Origin: an uncultured Clostridium sp.
GTDB lineage: Bacteria; Bacillota_I; Bacilli_A; RF39; UBA660
DNA: 64,000 bases
NCBI GenBank assembly: GCA_964649575.1
Contig: CAZYRI010000001.1
Coordinates: forward strand, 5,235-69,234
Reading direction: 5' to 3'
The notes under the pieces are model-generated. The model did not search any database. It was not told the origin of the DNA and worked only from the letters and a program-made list of their open reading frames with translations. This document shows positions 53,063 through 63,302 of this stretch, piece after piece. The position numbers and the translations under genes are program-made. Position 1 is the first letter of the stretch, and each line of letters begins with the position of its first letter.

Positions 53063-54808
53063 TTATTCTAAAATTGCTTTTATTCTTCTTACACCTGAAC
53101 TTGATGCTTCTTCTTTTACTATTTTAAAATGTCCCAGTTCATTTGTGTTTTTAACATGTGGTCCTCCACAAAGTTCTTTTGAAATGTTATTTCCAATTGT
53201 ATATACAGTTACAATGTCTGGATATTTTTCAATAAACATACATTCTGCTCCTGATGCAATTGCGGCTTCTTTTTTCATTTCTTCTACTTTTACTGGTAGT
53301 CCCTCATTAATCCATTTATTTACTAAATCTTCAGCTTGTTTCTTTTCTTCGTCTGATAATTTATGGTCACAACTAAAATCAAATCTCATTCTTTCATCAG
53401 TAATATTACTACCTTTTTGATGAACAGTTGGTCCTATTACTTGTTTTAAAGCAGCATTTAAAAGATGAGTTGCAGTATGATATTTAGTTTCAATTTCATT
53501 ATTTCCACTTAATCCACCTTTAAATTGTCCAGCAGATGCTGTTCTTGATAATTCTTGATGAGCTTTAAACTTTTCTTTGAATCCTTCTTCATCCACTTTA
53601 ATTCCTCTTTCATTTGCAAGTTCAACAGTTAATTCAATAGGGAAACCATAAGTATCATATAATCTAAATGATGTAGTTGCATCTAAATCTTTATTATCTT
53701 TTGTTACTTTTTCAAATTCTCTAAGACCTTTTTCTAATGTTTTATTGAATTTTTCTTTCTCTTGTTTTAATACTTCTAAAACAATGTCTTTATTTTCTTT
53801 AATTTCAGTATAATATACTTCATATTTGTCCATTATTAGTGAAGCTATTTGACTTTCCCAATCACTATTAATATCAATATTTAATTTTTTAGCATACCTT
53901 ATGGCTCTTCTTATAAGTCTTCTTAAAATATATCCTTGCCCTACATTACTTGGTTTAATAAAAGCAGGATCAGCACTTATAAATACTGCTGTCCTTATAT
54001 GATCTGCAATGATTCTCATACTTGTTTCATTACCTTCATAAGGTAGTGATGATATTTTTGAAATTAAATCTATTACATCTTTCCAAATACTTGATAAATA
54101 ATTATCATTTACTCCTTCAAGAACTGCTGTTACTCTTTCTAATCCCATTCCAGTATCAACATTCTTTTTAGGTAGTTCTTCTATACTTCCATCACTATTC
54201 TTTTTGTATTGCATAAACACATCATTCCAAATTTCAACCCATCTCTCGTCTTCTGGATCAAATTTTTCTGGTATTGGTTCATTGCTTCTAAAATAGAACA
54301 TTTCTGTATCTGGTCCGCAAGGGCCTGTTTCTCCTGCAATCCAGAAATTATCATCTACTGTTCTTGCTATTCTCTCTTCATTGATGCCTAAACTTAACCA
54401 TTTATCATGAGCTGTTTTATCAAATGGAATATTGTCTTTTCCGGCAAAAACCGTAACGGCTAATCTTTCTACTGGTATATTAAGAACTTTTGTTAAAAAT
54501 TCAAAACTCCATTCAATAGCTTCATCTTTAAAATAATCTCCAAGAGACCAATTACCCAACATTTCAAAAAATGTATGATGATATGTATCACCTATAACAT
54601 CCAAATCATTTGTTCTAATACATTTTTGATAATCACATAATCTTGTCCCATATGGATGAGGTTCTCCCATTAAATATGGAATTAATGGTTGCATACCTGC
54701 TGTATTAAATAAAACACTCGGATCATTTTCTGGCACTACTGGTGCACTTGGTATTTGTTTATGCCCTTTCTTAACAAAAAAATCAATGTACAAATCTTTA
54801 ATATTCAT
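53063..54808 (-). CDS. alaS: alanyl-tRNA synthetase, short form (581 aa) lacking C-Ala domain
   Basis: class II catalytic core, WIAGETGPCGP, editing-site HTATH and CGGPH motifs, ends right after editing domain. Confidence 0.85.
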   Translation of the reverse strand: MNIKDLYIDFFVKKGHKQIPSAPVVPENDPSVLFNTAGMQPLIPYLMGEPHPYGTRLCDYQKCIRTNDLDVIGDTYHHTFFEMLGNWSLGDYFKDEAIEWSFEFLTKVLNIPVERLAVTVFAGKDNIPFDKTAHDKWLSLGINEERIARTVDDNFWIAGETGPCGPDTEMFYFRSNEPIPEKFDPEDERWVEIWNDVFMQYKKNSDGSIEELPKKNVDTGMGLERVTAVLEGVNDNYLSSIWKDVIDLISKISSLPYEGNETSMRIIADHIRTAVFISADPAFIKPSNVGQGYILRRLIRRAIRYAKKLNIDINSDWESQIASLIMDKYEVYYTEIKENKDIVLEVLKQEKEKFNKTLEKGLREFEKVTKDNKDLDATTSFRLYDTYGFPIELTVELANERGIKVDEEGFKEKFKAHQELSRTASAGQFKGGLSGNNEIETKYHTATHLLNAALKQVIGPTVHQKGSNITDERMRFDFSCDHKLSDEEKKQAEDLVNKWINEGLPVKVEEMKKEAAIASGAECMFIEKYPDIVTVYTIGNNISKELCGGPHVKNTNELGHFKIVKEEASSSGVRRIKAILE

Positions 54809-55016
54809 ATTTTTCCTCCTACTCTAAATAAAAAAGAATGATACATAAGGAGTCTAAATTAGACGGTACCATCCTTTAATTAACTTGATTATGATAACGG
54901 ATAATCCGTGAGCTATTAACTCATAAAATGAAAGTAGCTTCAAATAATATTATTGTTAATTTTCACCAAACATTAACTCTCTATAAAATAAATAATCATT
55001 TTACTCGTCTTTCAAT
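54809..55016 (-). promoter_or_regulatory. T-box riboswitch leader (alanine)
   Basis: AAGGAUGGUACCGUC box (54862-54874); GA motif AUAGAGAG; specifier GAA-GCU-A; promoter TTGCAT-17-TAGAAT(55023-55028). Confidence 0.8.
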
Positions 55017-55074
55017 GTTTGTATTCTAGCATATTTTTATTGTAAATGCAAGTTTTACATTTGTTTTACACTTT

Positions 55075-56370
55075 TTATCCTATTCGGAAGCCTGGAGCCA
55101 CACCGTTCCTATCGTAAGCATAGGAGCTATATTGGAAGTAGCCATAATAGTGTACAGCTAAGAAACCGAGATTATAAGTAGAACTGGCGGAGCGGAGCCA
55201 CCATCTCGAAGCACTAGTGCCGTTCAACTTTACAGCACCACTATAGTTAGAAGTTGTTACTCCTATTTTTTTATAATAATCTAATTGTCTTGTTGTTCCT
55301 ATTGAAGTGTCATATGATTTATAACTATTAGTTTCAGTATCTTCCCATACTTCTTCTGGTGAAAACAAATATAATTTATCTATGCTTACAAAGTTTCCAT
55401 CTTCTCGTTCCTCATTTTCAACTATCATGTTTCCATAACTTGATACTACTGTTGTATCTATTATTCCATTCTTTAATTCTGTTGGTAGTGCATTATATAT
55501 TTCATTATTTACAAATGTTCTCATTGTTGTATTTGGCCATCCACCTACATTATATCCATAATTATAAGTTGTTCCATTATATTCTCCTGCTGGGTTCATT
55601 TGATGTGATGTTATTATGTCTGCAAATTCAAGCACGAATCCACATGCTGTTTGTGAAAAACCAGCTGTATTACATTCATCTGGTGTAGATGTATTTGCTA
55701 TTCTTAAGGTATGTGTCCCATATTCTCCTAAGTCTACTTCTTTTGTATCTCCAACTGTATAATCACTTCCATTACCTGCTTTTACATTTGCTACAATATC
55801 TGACCATGAATCTGTTGCGAAGTTAGGTTTTTTATATTCTTCTATACCTAACATTCCATTAAACTTTTTACCTTGATTATAGTTTTGTATTTCTCCTGTT
55901 TCTTTAAATGTAAATGTGAAAGTATATTTATGTGTTATTCCACTTTCTATTGTTATATTTGATTTTACTCTATTTGGTCCAATTACTGTTTCTTCTATTC
56001 CTTCACATGTTCCTTCTTCTACATCTCCATTTAATCTTTTACATGTTGCACTTATTAACATTTCATCATTTATTATTTCATTTGTTAATTCTTGCCAAAT
56101 GATGTTATATTCAGTTTCTAATGTACCAGTGTTTTCTACTGTTACTTCTTTTGTTATTGATCCCCCTGGTTTAATATTTTCCATTACTATTTCTTTTGAA
56201 TCAGTATATGTTAGTTTTAATGTTCCTGCTTCTACTACCATATCTTTACTATCATTATTTCCACTTATACTTGAACTAAAGTATGCATAAGAAAATCCTA
56301 TTACTGCTAGTAATAAAAATGCTATTATTGTTCCATATAATATTCTTTTATCTTTCATATATTCACTCAT
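55075..56370 (-). CDS. secreted TasA/camelysin (M73)-like protein with SipW-type signal peptide and extra C-terminal domain
   Basis: AYFSS signal-peptide motif after TM, N-domain aligns to TasA (AGTLKL..., ENIKPGGSITKEVTVENTG); 431 aa. Confidence 0.65.
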   Translation of the reverse strand: MSEYMKDKRILYGTIIAFLLLAVIGFSYAYFSSSISGNNDSKDMVVEAGTLKLTYTDSKEIVMENIKPGGSITKEVTVENTGTLETEYNIIWQELTNEIINDEMLISATCKRLNGDVEEGTCEGIEETVIGPNRVKSNITIESGITHKYTFTFTFKETGEIQNYNQGKKFNGMLGIEEYKKPNFATDSWSDIVANVKAGNGSDYTVGDTKEVDLGEYGTHTLRIANTSTPDECNTAGFSQTACGFVLEFADIITSHQMNPAGEYNGTTYNYGYNVGGWPNTTMRTFVNNEIYNALPTELKNGIIDTTVVSSYGNMIVENEEREDGNFVSIDKLYLFSPEEVWEDTETNSYKSYDTSIGTTRQLDYYKKIGVTTSNYSGAVKLNGTSASRWWLRSASSTYNLGFLAVHYYGYFQYSSYAYDRNGVAPGFRIG

Positions 56371-56400
56371 CCTTTACTATTATTTATAATAGCATATTTA

Positions 56401-56455
56401 CCCCCCCGACAAGCGAACAAGTGTTCTTTTTATAGATATTCATTATAGATATTCA
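56401..56455 (-). promoter_or_regulatory. promoter region of TasA-like gene: Cheo/LexA-type box, G7 tract, 13-bp tandem repeat
   Basis: cGAACAAGTGTTCt at 56414-56426; CCCCCCC (G7 on coding strand) 56401-56407 between TTGTCG and TATTAT (15-bp spacing); tTATAGATATTCA x2 at 56430-56455. Confidence 0.45.
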
Positions 56456-56535
56456 AAATAATTTATATAAAAATTGTAATTTTTTTGCAAATTTATAACA
56501 TCAAAAAAGTAAGTTTTCACTTACTAATTTCTATT

Positions 56536-57219
56536 TTATTGTCCAACTGATGCTTGTGGAGCTTGTGGTGTTTCACTAGCTGGTGGCACTGGTACAGTTG
56601 GTGCTTCTGCTACTGTTGGTGCAGGTACAGATGGTGTTTCACCTATACTTGGTGTCTCTCCAATGCTTGGAGTTTCACCTATGCTTGGTGTTTCCATAGT
56701 TGTAGGTGCTGGACCAACTGATGGTGATTGGGGAGTTGTTGGAGCCGTTACTTCTGGTGCAACAGTTTGTGGTTCTTCAATCACCAATGTAGGTTGTTCA
56801 ACAGCAGGTGTCGCTGGAGTTGCTGCAGGTGTATTAAATATACTTTCAACTGGAGCTTCAGCAGGTGCTGTTGGTTGTACTGGGGTTTCTGTAACTGGTG
56901 CAACTGGAGAAACTGGTACTGATGTATTTATGTTAACATCAGTTGCTGTTGCTTCTAATCCACTTAAACTTGGCTCTTGTGTAGCAACTGCTGGTGCAGG
57001 TGCTGGAGTAACTGTCTCAGCTTGTGGTGCAGTATTTGCAGTTACTGCTGCTGGCACTGGTTGTGGTGGAACATTAGTCGCAGGAACCACCTCAGCATTC
57101 TTTTGTTTTTTCTTTTTACCATCTACAATAAATCCTATTAAAGCAAATAATAATATTACCGCTACAATCATAAAGATTAAGTAATTATCTGCTAAAAAAT
57201 TCAATACTTTGTCCATCAT
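56536..57219 (-). CDS. membrane-anchored Pro/Thr/Ala/Val-rich low-complexity protein with PSIGET tandem repeats
   Basis: N-terminal TM + KKKKQK, then TPSIGETPSIGETPSIGE encoded by 18-bp DNA repeats (56636-56689). Confidence 0.6.
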   Translation of the reverse strand: MMDKVLNFLADNYLIFMIVAVILLFALIGFIVDGKKKKQKNAEVVPATNVPPQPVPAAVTANTAPQAETVTPAPAPAVATQEPSLSGLEATATDVNINTSVPVSPVAPVTETPVQPTAPAEAPVESIFNTPAATPATPAVEQPTLVIEEPQTVAPEVTAPTTPQSPSVGPAPTTMETPSIGETPSIGETPSIGETPSVPAPTVAEAPTVPVPPASETPQAPQASVGQ

Positions 57220-57294
57220 ATAAATATCATGTCCTCCTTATTCTATAATATTATTCTAACATCTAATATCAAATATTTCAATACAATTTTTAAA

Positions 57295-58347
57295 TTAAGA
57301 AATATTTAACTTTTTTCCTTTTGGTTGAATATGTATCCAAGTATTACCATCATTTACTTTTAATTCACTACCATCTTCTAATGTATAAATTGTTTTGCTT
57401 GATCTATCCTTTTTATTCCACTTTATTTTTATTGCTTCTCCATTTGATATATAGTATCCTTCACCACTACCTATATTATATAAATCTTGTCTACCTTTTT
57501 TATCTGATTGTATCGTTGAGTTCTCTACTTGATATGTAATTATATTCTTTACTGTGTATTGCTTTTTGGTAATTAAATCTGTATGTTCGCTTCCTCCCAT
57601 AAACATTTTATAATTCATGTTTTCTTCATCATAAACATATTTTGTTGTTTGATAATCTGAATATACAATTTCTACTGTGTTTGCAATTTTCTTAGTTGAG
57701 TCTTTATATTCTACTTTTATTGGACTATATTTTAATAATTGTGTATCAGTTGTATTTCTATATCCTTTTGACTTTATTAACTTATTTATTCTATCCATTG
57801 ATGTAAATGCTGTATGTTCATATGCTCTATTAAGTGAAGTGTCTCTATAAAATCCCTTTGAATCATACATTCCATTTATATTATTTATTTTTAAACTATT
57901 TATGTCACTTAATGCCTGAGGAGAATGTCCATAATGAACAAATATTGCATCATTTTCCATAACATAATCTAAGAAATAGTGTCTCGCACTTCTTATTGAT
58001 CCTATTTTATCTGTTGTTTGATCTTTATATAAAGCAATTATTCTTGTTATACCACCTTCTGCGATAAGTTCATAAGCAAGATATGCATCTTGAAGCCCAG
58101 AATGTGGATAAGCTGCATGATTATTATTTATTGACACAGCTATTGGTCTTGTTTTACTATCTTCATCTATTATTTTTACTTTTGGCTTTACTACATAAAT
58201 ATTTCCAACATTTATGCCGTTTTCCATTGCATATACTAATATTTTTTCATATAAGTTAAAATAATTAAATACAAATACAGAAATACTAGCAAATACTACA
58301 AAAAATAATAAATGTCTCCATATTCTTTTTAATCTTCTCTTTTTCAT
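57295..58347 (-). CDS. DUF3048 (YerB-like) secreted/lipoprotein family protein
   Basis: RPIAVSINN...GLQDAYLAYELIAEGGITRIIALY matches DUF3048 core. Confidence 0.6.
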   Translation of the reverse strand: MKKRRLKRIWRHLLFFVVFASISVFVFNYFNLYEKILVYAMENGINVGNIYVVKPKVKIIDEDSKTRPIAVSINNNHAAYPHSGLQDAYLAYELIAEGGITRIIALYKDQTTDKIGSIRSARHYFLDYVMENDAIFVHYGHSPQALSDINSLKINNINGMYDSKGFYRDTSLNRAYEHTAFTSMDRINKLIKSKGYRNTTDTQLLKYSPIKVEYKDSTKKIANTVEIVYSDYQTTKYVYDEENMNYKMFMGGSEHTDLITKKQYTVKNIITYQVENSTIQSDKKGRQDLYNIGSGEGYYISNGEAIKIKWNKKDRSSKTIYTLEDGSELKVNDGNTWIHIQPKGKKLNIS

Positions 58348-58458
58348 ATATTATTCTCCATCTAAATTATATCACATATTCAATCTTTAATAATATTTAT
58401 TATAATTATATGTAAAGTGTATAAAAAAATACCTAACTCAACGAATTAGGTATAATAT

Positions 58459-59892
58459 TTATTTACTAATTTTTTCTAACATTTTAGATTTTGCTTCTAC
58501 TGGATTTGCTTTTCCTTTTGATTTTTTCATAACTTGTCCAACTAAGTAATCTAACATATTAGTTCTTCCATTATGATAATCTGTAATTGCTTTTTCATTT
58601 TCATTTATAACTTCATTAACTAATGAATCAATAAAAGATGAATCTTCTATTACTTCCATATCATATTTTTTTACTATTTCTTTTGGAGTTAACTTTTCTT
58701 CAAGCATTTTTGTAAATACTTTTTTAGCTTGGTCTGATGATATTTTTTTATCGTTAACTAAGTTTACTAATTCTACTATCATAGTTGGTCTTATAAATAT
58801 ATTATCTATTGTTATTTCATCACTTTTATTTATTTCACCAAGTAATCTAGTTGTTATCCAGTTACAAGCTATTTTTGGTTCGCAATTATTATTTACACAT
58901 TCTTCAAAGTAATCTGATATTTTTTTATTTTTTACAAGTACACCTGCATCATATTCTGAGAGAGAATATTCTTCCATATATTTTTCTTTTCTTTCGTTTG
59001 CTAACATTGGTATTTGTAATTTAATTTCTTCAATTAATTCTTTTGTTATTTTATATCTTGGAATATTTGGCTCTCTAAAATATTTATAATCAATCGCATC
59101 TGCTTTACTTCTCATATGAATTGTAGTGCCACTTTCGTCATCCCATCTTCTTGTTTCTTGCACTACTTCATTATATCTACCAGCAGCTTTTAATTCTGAT
59201 TGTCTTTTAATTTCATATTCTATTGTTTTTCTAATCGCATCAAAACTATTTACATTTTTAACTTCTACTTTTGTGCCAAATTCAGTGTCATCTTCATTCA
59301 TTATGGATACATTTACATCAGCTCTTATTTGTCCTTTTTTAGTATCACATTCTGAAATATCAGTATATTCATAAATACTTTTAATATGTTCTAAGAATGC
59401 TAATGCTTCATCTGCACTATAAAGGCAAGGTTCTGTTACTAATTCTAAAAGTGGTACTCCTGCTCTATTATAATCAATTGTTGATGTGTTGTAGTAGTGG
59501 TCAAGTGATGCTGCATCTTCTTCTAAATGTATATCGTGAATTAATACTTCTTTTTTAGTACCTTTAACATCTATTGTTATTTTTCCATCTACTCCAACTG
59601 GGTTATAGAATTGAGTTAATTGATATCCTTTTGGAAGGTCTGGATAATAATAATTTTTTCTATCAAATTCCATATATTCTGGTATCTTACAATTTAATAT
59701 TGTTGCCATCATTATAGCTTTTTTAACACAAGTTTTATTAACAACTGGAAGTGTTCCTGGAAATGCCATATCTAGTGGTACTACATTTGAATTAGCAAGT
59801 TTGCTAAAACTATTTCTTGAATTTGAAAATACTTTTGTATTTGATTTCATTTCGCAATGGAATTCAAGACCTATTACTGCTTTATATGACAT
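58459..59892 (-). CDS. gatB: Asp/Glu-tRNA amidotransferase subunit B
   Basis: GatB/YqeY domains, 477 aa. Confidence 0.9.
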   Translation of the reverse strand: MSYKAVIGLEFHCEMKSNTKVFSNSRNSFSKLANSNVVPLDMAFPGTLPVVNKTCVKKAIMMATILNCKIPEYMEFDRKNYYYPDLPKGYQLTQFYNPVGVDGKITIDVKGTKKEVLIHDIHLEEDAASLDHYYNTSTIDYNRAGVPLLELVTEPCLYSADEALAFLEHIKSIYEYTDISECDTKKGQIRADVNVSIMNEDDTEFGTKVEVKNVNSFDAIRKTIEYEIKRQSELKAAGRYNEVVQETRRWDDESGTTIHMRSKADAIDYKYFREPNIPRYKITKELIEEIKLQIPMLANERKEKYMEEYSLSEYDAGVLVKNKKISDYFEECVNNNCEPKIACNWITTRLLGEINKSDEITIDNIFIRPTMIVELVNLVNDKKISSDQAKKVFTKMLEEKLTPKEIVKKYDMEVIEDSSFIDSLVNEVINENEKAITDYHNGRTNMLDYLVGQVMKKSKGKANPVEAKSKMLEKISK

Positions 59893-61343
59893 TATTTCAC
59901 CTCCTTTGCGATCATGTTTTTATAGTCCATGTTACTTTCTAATGCAAATGCTATATTAAGTACATTTATATCATCTTTAATAGAACCAGTTATATTTACT
60001 CCAACTGGTAGGTTATTCACAAAACCATTTGGTATTGTTATTGATGGAAAACCACCAAAATTACCTATTTGTAAATGTTCTTCTAAAATATTATTTGAAG
60101 ATGATAATTTATTTTTAGATTCCTCAATATATTTAGCTGGGCCACTACCTACTGGTAAAATAAGTCCATCATATTTACTAAACATTTCATTCATTTTATC
60201 TACAATTAATCTTCTCACTCTTTTAGCATTCATAAAATATTTTTCTTGATTTTCTTTTTGAAGTACATAAGAACCAATTACAAATCTTCTTTTTATAAGT
60301 GGACTAAATCCTTTTGTTCTATGGTCTTTCATTATTTCAAATGGAGTTTGTCCTTCGCCTCTTGGTCCAAAACTTATTCCTGTTAAGTTAGACATATTAC
60401 TTGTTGCTTCTGCACAAGATATTACTACATAAACAGATGGAATAGCATCTAGTAATTTTTTATCAAAGCTTTCTTCTTTTACCTCAATACCAAGATTTTT
60501 ACATAATTCTAATGTTTTATTAAAGTTTTCTAAGTGCTCTTTTAATTCATCACTTGGGTTTTCATAATTATTAACATCAACTATTTCTTTTATATAGAAT
60601 AGTTTTTTACCTTTAACATTTTTATTTAAATTTTTATAAAGATTAATATTGCTTGAGTCCCAAGAAGTCATGTCTTTTGGATCTATGCCTTTCATAGCAT
60701 CAACAGCAATTGCTGCATCTTCTACTGTTCTTGATAATACACCTACTGTATCAAGTGAGCAAGCAAATGGAAAAAGACCATATCTTGAAATCATTCCATA
60801 TGTTGGCTTATATCCAACTATTCCACAATATGCAGCTGGCTTACGAATTGAGTCTCCTGTATCGCTACCAAGAGCAAATGGATAACATCCTGAGGCTACT
60901 GATGCAGCACTTCCAGCTGAACTTCCAGCTGTCATTCTTCTATAATCCCAAGGGTTGCGAACAATACCTGTATGCCCAGTTGTTCCAGTTCCTCCCATTC
61001 CTAGTTCATCTAAAACTGTTTTTGAAACAGGAACTGCACCTTTATTTTTTAGATTTAATACAGCAGTTGCATCAAAAAATGGAACATAATCTTTTAATGT
61101 ATTAGAACTTCCTGTTGATAAAATATCTTTTGTTGAAAAGTTATCCTTTACACCAAATGGAATACCGCTTACTAATTCATTTGTTATTTCACTTTCTTTA
61201 GCGGCATCAATAATAGTCACAAATGAATTGGTTTTTTCTTGTATACTATGGCATTTTTCTAATGATTCTTTTACTAATTCTTTTGAAGTAATTTTTTTGT
61301 TTAATAATTCTTCATGTAATTCTTTAATATTCTTAGTTATCAT
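59892..61343 (-). CDS. gatA: Asp/Glu-tRNA amidotransferase subunit A
   Basis: amidase signature GGSSAGSAA... Confidence 0.9.
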   Translation of the reverse strand: MITKNIKELHEELLNKKITSKELVKESLEKCHSIQEKTNSFVTIIDAAKESEITNELVSGIPFGVKDNFSTKDILSTGSSNTLKDYVPFFDATAVLNLKNKGAVPVSKTVLDELGMGGTGTTGHTGIVRNPWDYRRMTAGSSAGSAASVASGCYPFALGSDTGDSIRKPAAYCGIVGYKPTYGMISRYGLFPFACSLDTVGVLSRTVEDAAIAVDAMKGIDPKDMTSWDSSNINLYKNLNKNVKGKKLFYIKEIVDVNNYENPSDELKEHLENFNKTLELCKNLGIEVKEESFDKKLLDAIPSVYVVISCAEATSNMSNLTGISFGPRGEGQTPFEIMKDHRTKGFSPLIKRRFVIGSYVLQKENQEKYFMNAKRVRRLIVDKMNEMFSKYDGLILPVGSGPAKYIEESKNKLSSSNNILEEHLQIGNFGGFPSITIPNGFVNNLPVGVNITGSIKDDINVLNIAFALESNMDYKNMIAKEVK

Positions 61344-61642
61344 TATCCCACCACCTTTGGTACTTCTACTTCTCTACCTTCATATTGATCACAATTTTTT
61401 AATAACTCGTTGATAGGAATTTCATCTCCTATTTCATCATCACTTCTTAAATCTTCAATTGTCATTTCAAATGGAAAACTAAGTGGTTCAATATTTTTAA
61501 TATTTGGTATTTCATTTATTAAGTTCATACTTTTTTCTATTTCATCAAATTCTTCTTGTATATTTGTTCTTTCTTCTTCTGTTAAACCTATAAGTAATTT
61601 ATCTGCATAATCATCTATCATTTCTTTTGTGAAATTACTCAT
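61343..61642 (-). CDS. gatC: Asp/Glu-tRNA amidotransferase subunit C
   Basis: 99 aa, upstream of gatA. Confidence 0.85.
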   Translation of the reverse strand: MSNFTKEMIDDYADKLLIGLTEEERTNIQEEFDEIEKSMNLINEIPNIKNIEPLSFPFEMTIEDLRSDDEIGDEIPINELLKNCDQYEGREVEVPKVVG

Positions 61643-61656
61643 TATTATTCCTCCTT

Positions 61657-63036
61657 CTAGTAGTCACAGTTATTTGGTGTTCTTGGATAAGGTATTACAT
61701 CTCTTATGTTTTCAACACCTGTTAAATACATTATAAGTCTTTCAAAACCTAGACCGAAACCAGCATGATAACATCCTCCGAATCTTCTAAGGTTTGTATA
61801 CCAATCTAAGTTTTCAAGAGGTATATTCATTTCTTTCATTCTACTAATTAGTTTGTCGTAATCATCTTCTCTTTGACTACCACCAATTAATTCTCCTGAA
61901 CCTGGTACTTCAAGATCCACTGCAGCTACTGTTTCATTATCGTCATTTAATTTCATATAGAATGCTTTAATATCTTTTGGCCAATCTGTAATAAATACTG
62001 GTCCATTAAAGTGTTCTGTTATATATTTTTCATGTTCTTTGGCAATATCTTCACCATATTCTGGCTTAAACTCAAAATCAACTTTAGCGGCTTTTAATAA
62101 AGTAATAGCTTCTTTATGTGTAATTCTTACAAATTTACTATTTAACACTTTATTTAATTTATCTTTTAATCCTTTCTCTACAAATTTATCAAAGAAATCT
62201 ATTTCAAGCGGACATCTTTCCATAACATATTTGATAATATATTTCAACATTTCTTCTTCTATGTCCATTATTCCATTCATATCACAGAATGCTATTTCTG
62301 GTTCAATCATCCAAAATTCATTAGCATGTGTTTTTGTATTTGAATTTTCTGTTCTCATAGTTGGACCAAATGTATATATTTTTTTATATGCTAGAGCAAA
62401 AGTTTCTCCATGAAGTTGGCCAGAACCTGTTATATATGTTTGTTTACCAAACAAATCCTTCTTAAAATCAACTTTTTTATCTTCTCCTAGAGGCAGATTG
62501 TTCATGTCAAATGTAGTTATTTTGAACATTTGTCCTGATCCTTCGCAGTCTGCTCCTGTTATAATTGGACTATGAAAATATACATAGTTATTATTTTGAA
62601 AATATTCGTGTATTGCTTGTGCTGCTACACTTCTTACTCTATAAACTGCATTAAAAAGATTTGTTCTTGGTCTTAAATATGCTAATTCTCTTAAAAATTC
62701 TCTTGTGTGTCTTTTTGGCTGAATTGGATAGTCTTCTGGACAATCCCCTAATATTTCAACTGATTTTACTTTCATTTCATGACTTTGGCCACTACCGACA
62801 GACTTAATAATTGTTCCATTAACTCTTATAGCAGAACCAACTCTTATTTTACTAATTTTATCAAAATCTGATAATTCTTTATCATATACTAATTGTAAAT
62901 TTTGAAAATATGTTCCATCATTAAAATCAATAAATCCAAAATTAGATTGATTTCTATTATTACGAACCCATCCTTCTAATACTACATCTTTGTCTTCATA
63001 GTCTTCTATTTTTTTAAATAAATCTTTAACATCCAT
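61657..63036 (-). CDS. asnS: asparaginyl-tRNA synthetase
   Basis: class IIb aaRS with N-terminal OB fold, 459 aa (AsnRS length), motif 3 GFGLGFERL. Confidence 0.8.
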   Translation of the reverse strand: MDVKDLFKKIEDYEDKDVVLEGWVRNNRNQSNFGFIDFNDGTYFQNLQLVYDKELSDFDKISKIRVGSAIRVNGTIIKSVGSGQSHEMKVKSVEILGDCPEDYPIQPKRHTREFLRELAYLRPRTNLFNAVYRVRSVAAQAIHEYFQNNNYVYFHSPIITGADCEGSGQMFKITTFDMNNLPLGEDKKVDFKKDLFGKQTYITGSGQLHGETFALAYKKIYTFGPTMRTENSNTKTHANEFWMIEPEIAFCDMNGIMDIEEEMLKYIIKYVMERCPLEIDFFDKFVEKGLKDKLNKVLNSKFVRITHKEAITLLKAAKVDFEFKPEYGEDIAKEHEKYITEHFNGPVFITDWPKDIKAFYMKLNDDNETVAAVDLEVPGSGELIGGSQREDDYDKLISRMKEMNIPLENLDWYTNLRRFGGCYHAGFGLGFERLIMYLTGVENIRDVIPYPRTPNNCDY

Positions 63037-63266
63037 ATAATTTCATCTTCCTTTCTTTAATAAAAAAAGGAATGGTAAAAGGAGTCAAAATGACGATTAC
63101 CATCCCTTATTTATCTTAATTTTTATAACGGTTTACCCGAGAATATTTATTTTAATTCAATATTCCACTCAGTGGTGTTATTCATATACTTTGTTTTATT
63201 AGTTTTCACCAGCCACTAACTCTCTTTAAAACTCTTATATATTACTTCTCCACATCAAAGATTTAT
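63037..63266 (-). promoter_or_regulatory. T-box riboswitch leader (probably asparagine)
   Basis: AAGGGAUGGUAAUCGUC box; terminator GGGAUGGUAA/UUACCAUUCC + U8; GA motif AAAGAGAG; candidate specifier AAC; promoter TTGACA(63296-63301)-17-TATAAT(63273-63278). Confidence 0.75.
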
Positions 63267-63302
63267 GAGCCAATTATACTACTCATTTTTTTGTTTGTCA
63301 AA

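Noticed and set aside
56663-57184. 173-aa and 64-aa plus-strand ORFs rich in G/A/C/W
   Set aside because: Opposite strand of the Pro/Thr-repeat gene; a low-complexity mirror ORF without RBS.
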